Shown piece by piece: positions 17,081-26,400 of a DNA stretch of 52,536 nucleotides. A model generated the notes under the pieces. The model had not been told where the DNA came from. It made no database searches and saw only the letters and a list, made by a program, of their open reading frames with translations. The number at the start of each line of letters is the position of its first letter. The first letter of the stretch is position 1. The translations under genes and the position numbers were made by a program. Source of the DNA: a virus (taxonomy: Duplodnaviria; Caudoviricetes); the IMG/VR virus record IMGVR_UViG_3300043372_000056, positions 1-52,536 of that record; one strand, given 5' to 3'.

Positions 17081-17995
17081 TTAGACGCCAGCGGTGCCGA
17101 AGATGCCGCGCGGATCGGTCCAGCCGAACGTGTAACGCTCGGTGGCCTTGTAGCGCATGCTGTCGGTCTCGAAATCGCCTTCCATGGACTTCTCCAAGCC
17201 ACGGCGCATCATCAGCTTCAGACCTTCGGGGGCGTCGGTCTGAATCCACCAAGCAGTGGTGGAGGTGATACGCGACAGGTTCGCCTGACCATCGTTCAGC
17301 AAGCCCATGGACTTCACGGGGTTGATGTCGTTGTCAGCCGTGCCGGTCCGCAGCACCGACTTGAGCAGCACTTCCGCCTGGAAGACGTTGGACGGACCCG
17401 TCACGATCTTCTTCGGCGTCAACCGGATGCGCTTGCCGTTGTTGTCGACGGCATTGCGAATCTGGATGAGCAACTGCTCCAGCGAGGTCTGCGACAGCGC
17501 CGCAGGCGTGGTCAGCACGTTGGAGAACGTGCCGTTGACGATGGGGTGGTTGTTGGCATTCATAGCCACGCCGTCACCGCCCGGATAGGCAGCGTTGAAC
17601 GCGCGGTTCAGGATGTTCGCGCCCAGCGTCTCCTTCGTTTCGATCAGAGACTGCGCGAGATGCTTCGCGTAGGTCTGGCCGATGCGGATGTGATCACCGT
17701 CCTCGACAAGAACCTTGGTCAGGCTGAATGCCAGACCGTAGACCTTGTAGAGGTAACGCTGGAGGAACAGAACGCCACCGCTCTGGTAGCTAACGGCCAT
17801 GCCGTCGGGCAGTTCAGGGGCCGCGCCAAAACCATAGAGCACGGGCTCCTCATGGTAATTGCGGGGAATACCCTTCTGCTCGCGGAAGACCATCTTCCAT
17901 TCATCAGCGCGCTGATCATAAACGCCGTCGAAGACTTCGTTCAGGATGGGCTCAACGACCGACCGGAAGTCGGTACTACGCATTGGTGTAGCCAT
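17081..17995 (-). CDS. Major capsid protein (HK97 fold, Mu gpT-like family)
   Basis: 304 aa; GFGAAPE..G....Y, YGLAFSLT, AWWIQTD, EGDFETDSMRYKATERYTFGWTDPRG; strong codon bias. Confidence 0.9.
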   Translation of the reverse strand: MATPMRSTDFRSVVEPILNEVFDGVYDQRADEWKMVFREQKGIPRNYHEEPVLYGFGAAPELPDGMAVSYQSGGVLFLQRYLYKVYGLAFSLTKVLVEDGDHIRIGQTYAKHLAQSLIETKETLGANILNRAFNAAYPGGDGVAMNANNHPIVNGTFSNVLTTPAALSQTSLEQLLIQIRNAVDNNGKRIRLTPKKIVTGPSNVFQAEVLLKSVLRTGTADNDINPVKSMGLLNDGQANLSRITSTTAWWIQTDAPEGLKLMMRRGLEKSMEGDFETDSMRYKATERYTFGWTDPRGIFGTAGV

Positions 17996-18009
17996 GTGTC
18001 AGACCCCCC

Positions 18010-18603
18010 TTAGACCGAGTTAACCGCTGCCTTGTAGTGATGTTCGTTGATACGAACAGTCACTTGCACATAGGCATCGGTCAGCGAATCGTTGATGTTG
18101 TAGGCGAAACCGGTGATCTGGAACTGGCCAGAAGTCGCCTGGATGGCGGTAAGCTGGCAGTTGCTGAGACCGGTCTGGGTCGAACCACCCGGGGAGGCAA
18201 CGCTCCAGTCGCACTCTTCACCGACAGCGGTCTGCACAGTCGTGCCCGACGACGGGTTGGTGTACTGGACGTCGAACAGCGTTTCCGGGTCATCGTACAC
18301 CCAGGCGACGATTTCCGTGCCTGTAGCGCCCGAGGGCCAGAAGGGGCTGATCGTCGGCTTGCCGCTGGCGTCATTGTACTGGCAGCCAGCGAAGATGCCG
18401 AGCAGGGAGATGCCGTCAACGGTGCCCGAGCGGGTGCCGTCAGACGTGCCAAGCTGGACAACGCCGTTGTCGGTGAGCTTCACCGGGTCACCGGAGAAGA
18501 TGTTGGCAGCATAGGTGCTGGCGATGGTGTAAGCCTTCGGACGCATCTGACCACTGTTGTGGTAAGACGGGCGAAAGCCAAAAGGTGCGCTAATCGCAGA
18601 CAT
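18010..18603 (-). CDS. Putative capsid cement/decoration protein
   Basis: APFGFRP N-terminus, IFSGDPV, VYDDP; immediately upstream of the capsid gene. Confidence 0.65.
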   Translation of the reverse strand: MSAISAPFGFRPSYHNSGQMRPKAYTIASTYAANIFSGDPVKLTDNGVVQLGTSDGTRSGTVDGISLLGIFAGCQYNDASGKPTISPFWPSGATGTEIVAWVYDDPETLFDVQYTNPSSGTTVQTAVGEECDWSVASPGGSTQTGLSNCQLTAIQATSGQFQITGFAYNINDSLTDAYVQVTVRINEHHYKAAVNSV

Positions 18604-18627
18604 TGTGGCTCCTAATGGATCGAGGGG

Positions 18628-19158
18628 TTACGAGAGGTCAAAGAGAGCCTCCCGCCGCTGCCCAATCTCCAGATTGCCTTCCCCAATTTGCAGCTTGGAT
18701 TTCGAAGCCCGGGCCTGCTGCTCGAGGAAATCGGCAGTGTCGGTGAGCTTCTCTTCTTCGCGCAACGGGGCGTCATGGTGCGCCTCCTGCATGTACTTCT
18801 CGTAAAGAGAAATCGGTAGCTTGAAGGCAAGCATCTCATTGACGCCAATGAGCCCAGCCCAGTCACCGGTCTTCAACGTCGCATATTCCCAGCCGGGAAC
18901 ATCTTCCGGCTTCACGGGCTCGTAGCCCAGTCGAATACGCATGTGAATCGAATCACGGGGATTGGTGGTTGTCAGCCAGCAGGTGTGCCAGCCGGGGATT
19001 TTTGGCAGGTCTGGAAGAGAGGACTGGAAGAATTGCTGACGAAACATAGCAACCCGCTCATCATCAGAAATCTCGCGATTTTGGGTAACAGCACGATCTT
19101 GCATCGCGCGGCTCTCGCGGCCTTCACCAGCAGATTTTTTCAAGCGTTCGTCGGTCAT
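18628..19158 (-). CDS. Conserved head-module hypothetical protein
   Basis: Likely start MTDERLKK (19158) with AAAGGAG RBS; PKIPGWHTCW...RLGYEPV...LIGVNEMLAFKLP. Confidence 0.75.
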   Translation of the reverse strand: MTDERLKKSAGEGRESRAMQDRAVTQNREISDDERVAMFRQQFFQSSLPDLPKIPGWHTCWLTTTNPRDSIHMRIRLGYEPVKPEDVPGWEYATLKTGDWAGLIGVNEMLAFKLPISLYEKYMQEAHHDAPLREEEKLTDTADFLEQQARASKSKLQIGEGNLEIGQRREALFDLS

Positions 19159-19160
19159 TA

Positions 19161-19180
19161 AATCGCTCCTTTCAGCGATT
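19161..19180 (-). promoter_or_regulatory. RBS-sequestering hairpin AAUCGCU-GAAAGG-AGCGAUU
   Basis: 7-bp perfect stem ending 2 nt before the ATG; same loop as the 20146-20165 hairpin. Confidence 0.7.
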
Positions 19181-19186
19181 GAGGAA

Positions 19187-19215
19187 GCATTAGGGTTTTT
19201 GAAACCAGCGCGCAA
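19187..19215 (-). promoter_or_regulatory. Putative sigma70-type promoter TTGCGC-N17-TAATGC
   Basis: Correct spacing in the intergenic gap upstream of the capsid sub-operon. Confidence 0.45.
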
Positions 19216-19222
19216 GGTTTTT

Positions 19223-20143
19223 TCACGCCTTGTTGTTTCGGTCATATTCGGCATACCGTTTGACGTACTTGGAACGCAGAACCGGGTCATCCCAGACGCC
19301 AGCTTCCACTAGGGCTTGCTTGCGCTCGGGCGAGATGTACACCTCACGACGAGTGCTTGTCGGGGCGTGTTCACGACCAGAGCCCACCACTGGACCACCA
19401 CGCGGCTCACGCTTGGTGTTAACCTTCTCAAACCGTTCAGGCAGGCGGCGGGCCGCTCGCTTGTTCAGTTCGTCCCAATATTCCGAGGTGCGCGAGTCGA
19501 AACCGTCTTTAGCCAGAGATTGGTCGATGGCGATGACGATAGCCGAATCTTCGTTACCACCCGTCGCGTCATACCAGGGGTTTTTCTCGATGAACTCATG
19601 GGCATAGCGCAGCGTGGTCTCGTCAATCTGCTGCTGTTGCTGCGGACGCTGAGGGGCCTGCTGAGCCACCTGATTTTTCTGGGCGTGCAGTTGCTGGATA
19701 CGCGCCAGCGCCTGATCCCGGTATCGCATCGCCTGTGTGACGTCGTCGCCGTTACCGGCAGCAACAGCCTTGGCAATGACCCGCTCGGCCATGTCGGCTT
19801 CGTGGGCGGCTTGGTTGAGAGCGTTATCATACGCGCTCAAGTCTGAGTTGTGGGCGCGTTGTTCCTGAACGCTAAGCCGACGCTCAAGATTATCGTTGCG
19901 ATTGCGGAGGAAATCTAGCTCGAGCTTGTCGCGCTTGATTGCCTCGTCGCGGCGCTGCTTCCGGTCCTGCTTTTCGGCACGCCGACGCTCACGAATGGCA
20001 TCGCGCTCATCATCGCTGCCGGATGAGGCTACGCGGTCATCAGCGTCATCGTCATCCTGATCGTTGTCAGATAACTGACTGGGGTCTTCAACAATGACGA
20101 TTTCCTCGTCCTTGTCGTCATCTTCTCTAAGAGTGCCAGACAT
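19223..20143 (-). CDS. Putative capsid scaffolding protein
   Basis: Acidic N-terminus, long coiled coil, NPWY motif, basic helical C-terminus; between portal and capsid. Confidence 0.7.
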   Translation of the reverse strand: MSGTLREDDDKDEEIVIVEDPSQLSDNDQDDDDADDRVASSGSDDERDAIRERRRAEKQDRKQRRDEAIKRDKLELDFLRNRNDNLERRLSVQEQRAHNSDLSAYDNALNQAAHEADMAERVIAKAVAAGNGDDVTQAMRYRDQALARIQQLHAQKNQVAQQAPQRPQQQQQIDETTLRYAHEFIEKNPWYDATGGNEDSAIVIAIDQSLAKDGFDSRTSEYWDELNKRAARRLPERFEKVNTKREPRGGPVVGSGREHAPTSTRREVYISPERKQALVEAGVWDDPVLRSKYVKRYAEYDRNNKA

Positions 20144-20145
20144 AA

Positions 20146-20165
20146 TTCATCTCCTTTCAGATGAA
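20146..20165 (-). promoter_or_regulatory. RBS-sequestering hairpin UUCAUCU-GAAAGG-AGAUGAA
   Basis: 7-bp perfect stem ending 2 nt before the scaffold ATG; contains the GroES stop codon. Confidence 0.7.
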
Positions 20166-20564
20166 AGCCTTGACCGTCAGCGGATCACCCGTGACTTGGC
20201 CGATAATATCCAGATCGTTAAAGATCACGAACATGGCGCTGTCGTCGCGATTGATCGCCACTTCCCAGCGGTCACCGCCGTATTTCGGCACGCGGACGAA
20301 ATCGCCTGGCACGCACCATGCGCCTTCGGGCCAGAACTCTTGCGTGGTCCGGTTTCGGAACGCCAACGACCCAACGCTGACCACCTTCGCCACCTGGGTG
20401 TTCCACTTTTCGGTGTCCTGCGTGTCAGAGGACAGGATGATACCGCCCTTTGTGACTTTGCGAGGGGTACGGATTTGGACCAGAACGCGGCTCCCAAAAG
20501 GCTGAACGCCCGGATTTACATCCGGGAAAGCCTCTGCCAGAGCGTTCTCAGAAGTCGTTACCAC
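20157..20564 (-). CDS. groES: GroES-like co-chaperonin
   Basis: QPFGSRVLV, TKGGIIL mobile loop, KVVSVG, GDFV...KYGG. Confidence 0.85.
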   Translation of the reverse strand: MVTTSENALAEAFPDVNPGVQPFGSRVLVQIRTPRKVTKGGIILSSDTQDTEKWNTQVAKVVSVGSLAFRNRTTQEFWPEGAWCVPGDFVRVPKYGGDRWEVAINRDDSAMFVIFNDLDIIGQVTGDPLTVKAFI

Positions 20565-20742
20565 CAGATTTCTCCTCTTCGATGAGTTTTAACAGCACGC
20601 CAATAGCTGCCTCGTATCCGGCAACTACGCCGACGCGATACCCATACTCAAAGGCATCGCGTTCCTGTGGACGTTTCAGGGCGTCCACAGAAAATTGCAA
20701 CTGGGCCTGCTTCAAAAAATTGAGCAGTTTGCTTTCGTTCAC
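20548..20742 (-). CDS. Hypothetical protein
   Basis: 64-aa ORF overlapping both neighbours in the head operon. Confidence 0.7.
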   Translation of the reverse strand: MNESKLLNFLKQAQLQFSVDALKRPQERDAFEYGYRVGVVAGYEAAIGVLLKLIEEEKSGGNDF

Positions 20743-20879
20743 GCCTGATTCTTTTCCGTCTTCGGTTCAGGCGGCAGAGACTGGCCGTCGAGCTTCTCAC
20801 CCGCCGCCAGGCGGTGCTTCTGCTTCACATAGGCACCGGTCATCGGCACCGTGCCGTTCTTCTTAGGCTTGTCGTCCAT
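20739..20879 (-). CDS. Small hypothetical protein (46 aa)
   Basis: Not in track; AGGAG RBS; MDDKPKKNGTVPMTGAYVKQKHRLAAGEKL...; its stop overlaps the next GTG. Confidence 0.65.
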   Translation of the reverse strand: MDDKPKKNGTVPMTGAYVKQKHRLAAGEKLDGQSLPPEPKTEKNQA

Positions 20880-20887
20880 GTAAACTC

Positions 20888-23485
20888 CTATGGATTGGGG
20901 TTGATGCCGGTGCCGGTACTGACCGCCACCTTCTCGCCGGTCGCCATCTCGGCAGCGGCAAGCAATTTGGCGGTGTCGTTATCCGCCTGATTCATGCGCT
21001 CGCGAGAAGCAAGTTCCGCCGCCTTGCGCTCGTTCTCGGCGGCTTCCTTAAGCTGGTCGGCCCGCAGCTTCTCAACGAGTTCGATCTGCTTGCCCTGGAG
21101 CTTCGCCTGTTCAAGCTGGGCCTGCATCGCAAGACGCTGCTGCTCAAGTTGAGCCTTCTGCTGCTCAAGTTGAGCTTTCTGCTGATCAGACTGGGCCTGC
21201 ATTGCAAGACGCTGTTGATCAACCTGAACACGCTGCTGATCAACCTGAGCGCGCTGCTGGTCGGTCTGGGCGCGCTGCTGAATGGCCATCTGCTGCACCT
21301 GGGCACCAAGCTGGGCGACCTGCATGCTGCTGTCAGGCGGCATCTGCGGCTGGGGTGCAAACTGCTGGGCGGCCTGGTCGATAGCGGCGAGTTCCTGCGC
21401 CATCCCGCCCAACTGCTGCTCGATGTACTGCTGAACTTGCATGATGAGCTTGGCCTGATCCTCGGCCTCTTCTGGGATCAGTTCCTTTCTCTGAGCAATA
21501 TCAACAGAGTTATGAGCCTCAACGAGGTAATAATTCAGCAGGTGGTCGCGCAAATGCACCGAAATCGGATACAAAAACGTCTTGGTGATCGCCGGATTGC
21601 TGCCAAATAGCGGCGATTTCAGGAATGCCATGTGGATCATGATGTGAGCGAGGTGATCCTGCTTTGGCAGCACATAAACAGGCCGACCCATGGCGGCAGC
21701 GACGTTTTCGCTGACCGGGTCCATGTTATCCTTGCCCGGTTCCGGCTGGAGAACCTCATCTGCCGGGACTTTCAGGGTGCGGAGGAAGATTTCCTCGACC
21801 TTGCGGGGGTCATATAGCTGCGGTATCGCCGCTGCCCGCGCCATGATCGCCTGTATCTGGGCAAAACGCTGGGTTTCGGAGAAAATTGCCGGGTCACTGA
21901 CCGGCACGACGTCGAGCGGGCCATCAAAATCGGACGGGTCGATCTCCAGCCCGTCAGATTGGGCCGCGATGTCCTCTTCGGTCAGATATGCCGAGTTGAT
22001 CCGGTGCAGAATCTTGAAACACCGGGCCATCGAGTTGTGCAGGCGAGCGTGAATGCTCGAGAACACCACCATGCCCTGCTCGATCAGGGCCATCGTGGTG
22101 CCGACCGGCTGGTTGGCGTTCTGATCGCTCAGCTTCTCGAAGGAAGTCTGGATGACGCCCTTACCGGCATCAACCAAGAACCCCAAAAGCTGGAACAGCG
22201 TCGGGCTGGGCGGATTGAAAGGCATCGGCATGGCGATCTTGCGGACGTCGTCGACAAGAGCACCGCCATCCATCTCGACCACTTCGGTCGGCTGGAGGTT
22301 GATCGTCTGCCCGCCAGGGCCACCCTTGAGCTTCAGGAGAGTGGGGATGTTCTGGATGTGGGCGCTATCCAGCAAAGCGCGCAGGGCACCTGTAGCGGCT
22401 CCTGAGAGGCCCCCAATCATATGCGTCAGGCCAATGGGGTACGCACCGCGCCAAGGCACGAACGGGAACTCGACAATCCAATCGAGTTCCTGGTGCCGGG
22501 CATCATCCGCTTCCCAGTTGCGATAGAGTGCCAGGGCCTCGCCGGTCGACTTGTCGACGCTCAGAATGTACGGGCAGAGGTCTTCGTCTTCGATGTCGAG
22601 GTAGGTGTAGATTTCAAAGATGGTCCGCAGGCCATCCTCGTTGTAGCTAGTCGATTTGCGACCCTCAATCTTGTCGTTGGCAATCGTCGCCTTGCTGAAC
22701 TCGGGATCATCGGGATACCCCAGGTCAACGTCGATATACATGCCCGCCTTAACGCGCTTCAAGTACTCCATCTTCGTGACGTACTGAACATGCGTCTTAC
22801 GCTCGGCGGTGTAGAAGTTCGTGGCGGCAAACGGCAGATACACGTCGTCAATCGGCACAAACTCGGCCTGCGGACGACGGTGCTGCGGGTTCCACATGAA
22901 TTTGAGGTATTGACCGCCGCCGAGCGGAAGCTGGGTGCTCAGTTGCTCCAGTTCGCTGCGGAACTCGGGCATCTGCTGCGTGGTCTGCCAGTTCATAAAG
23001 GCGGCTTTACGCTCAGCCTTTTCGAGCTTGGCTTTGTCCGCTTCGCCGTAAATTTTGCTCTTAACCGGCCCGTTCGACGGAAAAATTTCTTTCATGAAGC
23101 GTGCGGAGAAATCCACGCAGGCTTCGACGAGCATTGGGTGAACGACTTTGTTCGCGCCGCTGAACTGAGCACCGCCGGGGGCATCGTCACCCAGGCCGGT
23201 ACGGCGCAGCCCTTCCTCGTACAGCTTGTCCCGCTTTTCGCGGGCCTCCTTGTCGCGCTCGATCTTATCGAGCAGGTCGCTGACAACATCCTTCAGCGCC
23301 GCCTGATCGACCTCTTCGACAATGTTTGCGAAGTGCTCGAGGTGGCGCTTCTCATCCTTGCTGTTCTCGAGCCGGATAATCGCGCCGCCGTCTTCGGTAT
23401 CCTCGACCTCGAGATTGTCCTCGTCATCGAGTTCAATCATCTCGCCGGGCTTGTCGTCGTCATCGTCTTTGAGAGTGTCAGACAT
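20888..23485 (-). CDS. Portal protein (P22-like, with Gln-rich C-terminal barrel)
   Basis: 865 aa; VVHPMLVEACVDF, QPVGTTMALIEQG, SSIHARLH, DVVPVSDP; QQR/QQK heptads at the C-terminus. Confidence 0.85.
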   Translation of the reverse strand: MSDTLKDDDDDKPGEMIELDDEDNLEVEDTEDGGAIIRLENSKDEKRHLEHFANIVEEVDQAALKDVVSDLLDKIERDKEAREKRDKLYEEGLRRTGLGDDAPGGAQFSGANKVVHPMLVEACVDFSARFMKEIFPSNGPVKSKIYGEADKAKLEKAERKAAFMNWQTTQQMPEFRSELEQLSTQLPLGGGQYLKFMWNPQHRRPQAEFVPIDDVYLPFAATNFYTAERKTHVQYVTKMEYLKRVKAGMYIDVDLGYPDDPEFSKATIANDKIEGRKSTSYNEDGLRTIFEIYTYLDIEDEDLCPYILSVDKSTGEALALYRNWEADDARHQELDWIVEFPFVPWRGAYPIGLTHMIGGLSGAATGALRALLDSAHIQNIPTLLKLKGGPGGQTINLQPTEVVEMDGGALVDDVRKIAMPMPFNPPSPTLFQLLGFLVDAGKGVIQTSFEKLSDQNANQPVGTTMALIEQGMVVFSSIHARLHNSMARCFKILHRINSAYLTEEDIAAQSDGLEIDPSDFDGPLDVVPVSDPAIFSETQRFAQIQAIMARAAAIPQLYDPRKVEEIFLRTLKVPADEVLQPEPGKDNMDPVSENVAAAMGRPVYVLPKQDHLAHIMIHMAFLKSPLFGSNPAITKTFLYPISVHLRDHLLNYYLVEAHNSVDIAQRKELIPEEAEDQAKLIMQVQQYIEQQLGGMAQELAAIDQAAQQFAPQPQMPPDSSMQVAQLGAQVQQMAIQQRAQTDQQRAQVDQQRVQVDQQRLAMQAQSDQQKAQLEQQKAQLEQQRLAMQAQLEQAKLQGKQIELVEKLRADQLKEAAENERKAAELASRERMNQADNDTAKLLAAAEMATGEKVAVSTGTGINPNP

Positions 23486-26400
23486 ATCCAGCCTCGATTT
23501 GATTGGCGAGCGTGTTTACCGCGTCAGGATCATAGATAGCAGGTTGAGCACTGACCGCGCCACCCTCGGCATATTTTTGGTCTAGGTCAGCAACTGCCGC
23601 ACCCGCTGCAACCGGCGCTGCGCCAAACATCAATCGCTCAAACTGGCGAATCTGCGCCGTTCGGTCAGCATCATCCCTCGATGCCAACCGGTTGTAATAT
23701 CGGATGTCATCAACACCGTACCGGCGAAGCAAATCTGTCACGTCTTTCGATGCTTGCACAGGAACCACCGCGCCTTGGAACTCGTTCAGCGGCACTATCC
23801 GGCGAGGCTTGGCCTCGAAATAGGTGGCGGGCAAATCGCGGCCTGCTTCCAGATGTGCCCGCGTGCGTTCAAGCAGGTCTTCGGGAATTGCGTTGCCGTA
23901 ATAGTTGCGATTGATATATTCCATGCCGCCGGGGCCACGTTGCACGGCTTCGGCCATGTTGCGAGTGTGGCTATCAATGAAATTAAAATTATCACGAATG
24001 CTATCTGGCAGTGCCTCGCGAAACTCTTGACGCAAAGCACCTAGTTGATTCTGCCAATCCTCAACAGACTTATCCGTGCGGGGCACCAAGCGGTCTCTCG
24101 CTCCACGCAGTTCGCTCATGTTGCGAAACTGCGGCGTGATCTGCCCCAGCAGCCAATTATCGGTGATGAAATCCTCGCCACCACGCCATGGATCATTGGT
24201 CATGACACGCAAGGCGTTTCGAGGCGTGTGCGGTAAAAGGCGCGATTCCCCGGTGTCGTCGTTGTAAAGACGCACATATTCTTTTTCTCGGTCACGAACT
24301 GTTTTCGGTATGACAGATGGATAACGCGGCGTGTAGGCGTCGCGCGCGTAGACCGGGGTGCGCCTAGGATCGACAGTCTGCGGCGATGCTATCAATGAAA
24401 TTTCACCGAAGCTGTCCATCGGATCATCGGCGCGCGAGATGCCAATTGAAGGGGCCACGACAACGCCTTCGTTATTGGCAATCTTCTCCAACCCCGCCTG
24501 CCGAACATTGTGCATGGCCACCATCGGCGGCTCATCCGGCGTTTGGCGGCCTAACGCCCTACCCACAGCGCGACGCAGCCCACCCGCTTCCGCCTCGCTC
24601 GGCTCCATCGCCATCAGAGCCGTCGAACCTGCCAGCCGGGCCATACGACCCCCCGGCCCAAGCGCCACCATCAGGGCCGCATCCAGAGGGCTCTGCGGCA
24701 GGAAGATGTCCGACGCCAACTGGGCAGCATCATAGCCTGCGCTGCGTATAGCCCGAGCCTGTTCGGCATTGGTTGACTCGGTGGTGCGGCCCGTGTCGCG
24801 CTTCATGCGCTCGAGCAGGCGGCGGTCATACTCCTCGTCGCTCATGACGCGGCCACCCTCGGCATACCGCTGATCAAGTTCTTCGAGGCTCGGCGCGGCT
24901 TCGCCTTCACGGGCGAGGATCGCAGCGGGTGCCACGCCTGCCAGCGGGATCATGTTGCGCGTGTAGAGGCGCAGCACCTCCTCCGGTGGGATGTCCAAAG
25001 CCTGGGAGGTGATTGACATGCGCTGGTTGAGCAGTTCCGGCACCGTGTGGGCCTCGGATGCCAAGCCGGTGCGAGGGCCATAGTGAAACCACATCAGGGC
25101 CTGGGCATCGGCAGGCGTCAGCCCCAGCCGCTCGGCGATGTTCGTCGTGATGTCGTTGTAAATCGGATACTCGGTCGAAATGCTCTGGCCGCGCACCTTT
25201 TGGCCGCTGGGGCGGGCGACGAGTATCTCACGCAGTTCGTCGTCACTCATCCCACGAACGACACCCTCAGCGTTGGGTGTGTAAGCGTCGACATACTCCC
25301 GATATTTTGCGGCGGTATCAAACGACGACGCCGGGAGACCGCCGGGGTTCACGTCGTTGTAGATCATGTTAACGGCCCGGACGTTGTGAACGTCGGCGGT
25401 CACGGCAGTGCGGTCACCAGAGATGTTGCGCCCAAAGACGGTAGGCTTCGGGTTCTGGGCCAGACTGACCGTCCCTTCCAGCAAGCCTTGTGTCAGGGCC
25501 GGGTGCTGGTCGTAGATCATGCCATAACCGGAACCAGGGCCGGTCACGTTTTCGACGGTGTTCTTGTCTATCGGCAGGCCGCGCGCCATCCGGTTCTGGA
25601 GGAACGCTGAATTGAGCACGTTCTGCTCGGTGTCGGTGCGGGGGCTGGTGCCCGCAATAGCCTGGGATTCCTGGCGGATGCGGCGCAGGGCCTCATCGTG
25701 GGAAACACCCTGCCCGCGCAGGACGTCATAGACCGGGCGCATGTTGTAGAACTCACCGGCACGGGCCGATGCGATCTGGGCCGGTGTCGCACCGGGCACC
25801 TCTTCACCACGCATGATGCGTGCGATGGGGTCCAGATCGCCAACGATCCGGTCCATGGTGGTGCCGTATCTTTCCGCCAGATCGGATGCCAGACCAGCCG
25901 CCGCCCGCGATCCGGGCAGTGATTGTGTCGGTGAGATATTCTGAATGCGAAGTGATTCGAGTTCCTGAGCGACGTTTGACGGCCCAGCTTCCAATGGCTG
26001 GTCAAAACGTGCTGGCGGAAACAACTGATCTTCTGGCCGGGGCTGAACACGGGCGTCGACCGGCAAGCGCATCTGGGCGGCGCGGAAGTCGAGCACCCGC
26101 TGAGAGAGTTCGTTCGCCCGCTCCAGATCATCACCCTCGAGGCGTGGCACACCAGCCCCTGGCTGGGGTCGGGTGGCGATAGCCATCGCCTCGTCGGGCG
26201 TCATGGTGGGCTTGAGAACGCTCCGGGGCGGGTTGTTGCCGCCCATTACCGCCCTCGGGTTTTCGACAACAGGCTCAGGGGCCGAGCCCCGCACCGCACG
26301 ACGAAGCGCGCCCACGGTACGCTTCACGCGGCCACCGCTTTCATACTTCTGATGCAGATCAGCCAGCCCACCCTCAGCGTAACCCATAGCCCGACCAATC

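Noticed and set aside
21090-21290. 21-bp repeats in the portal 3' end
   Set aside because: They encode Gln-rich heptads expected for a P22-like portal barrel.
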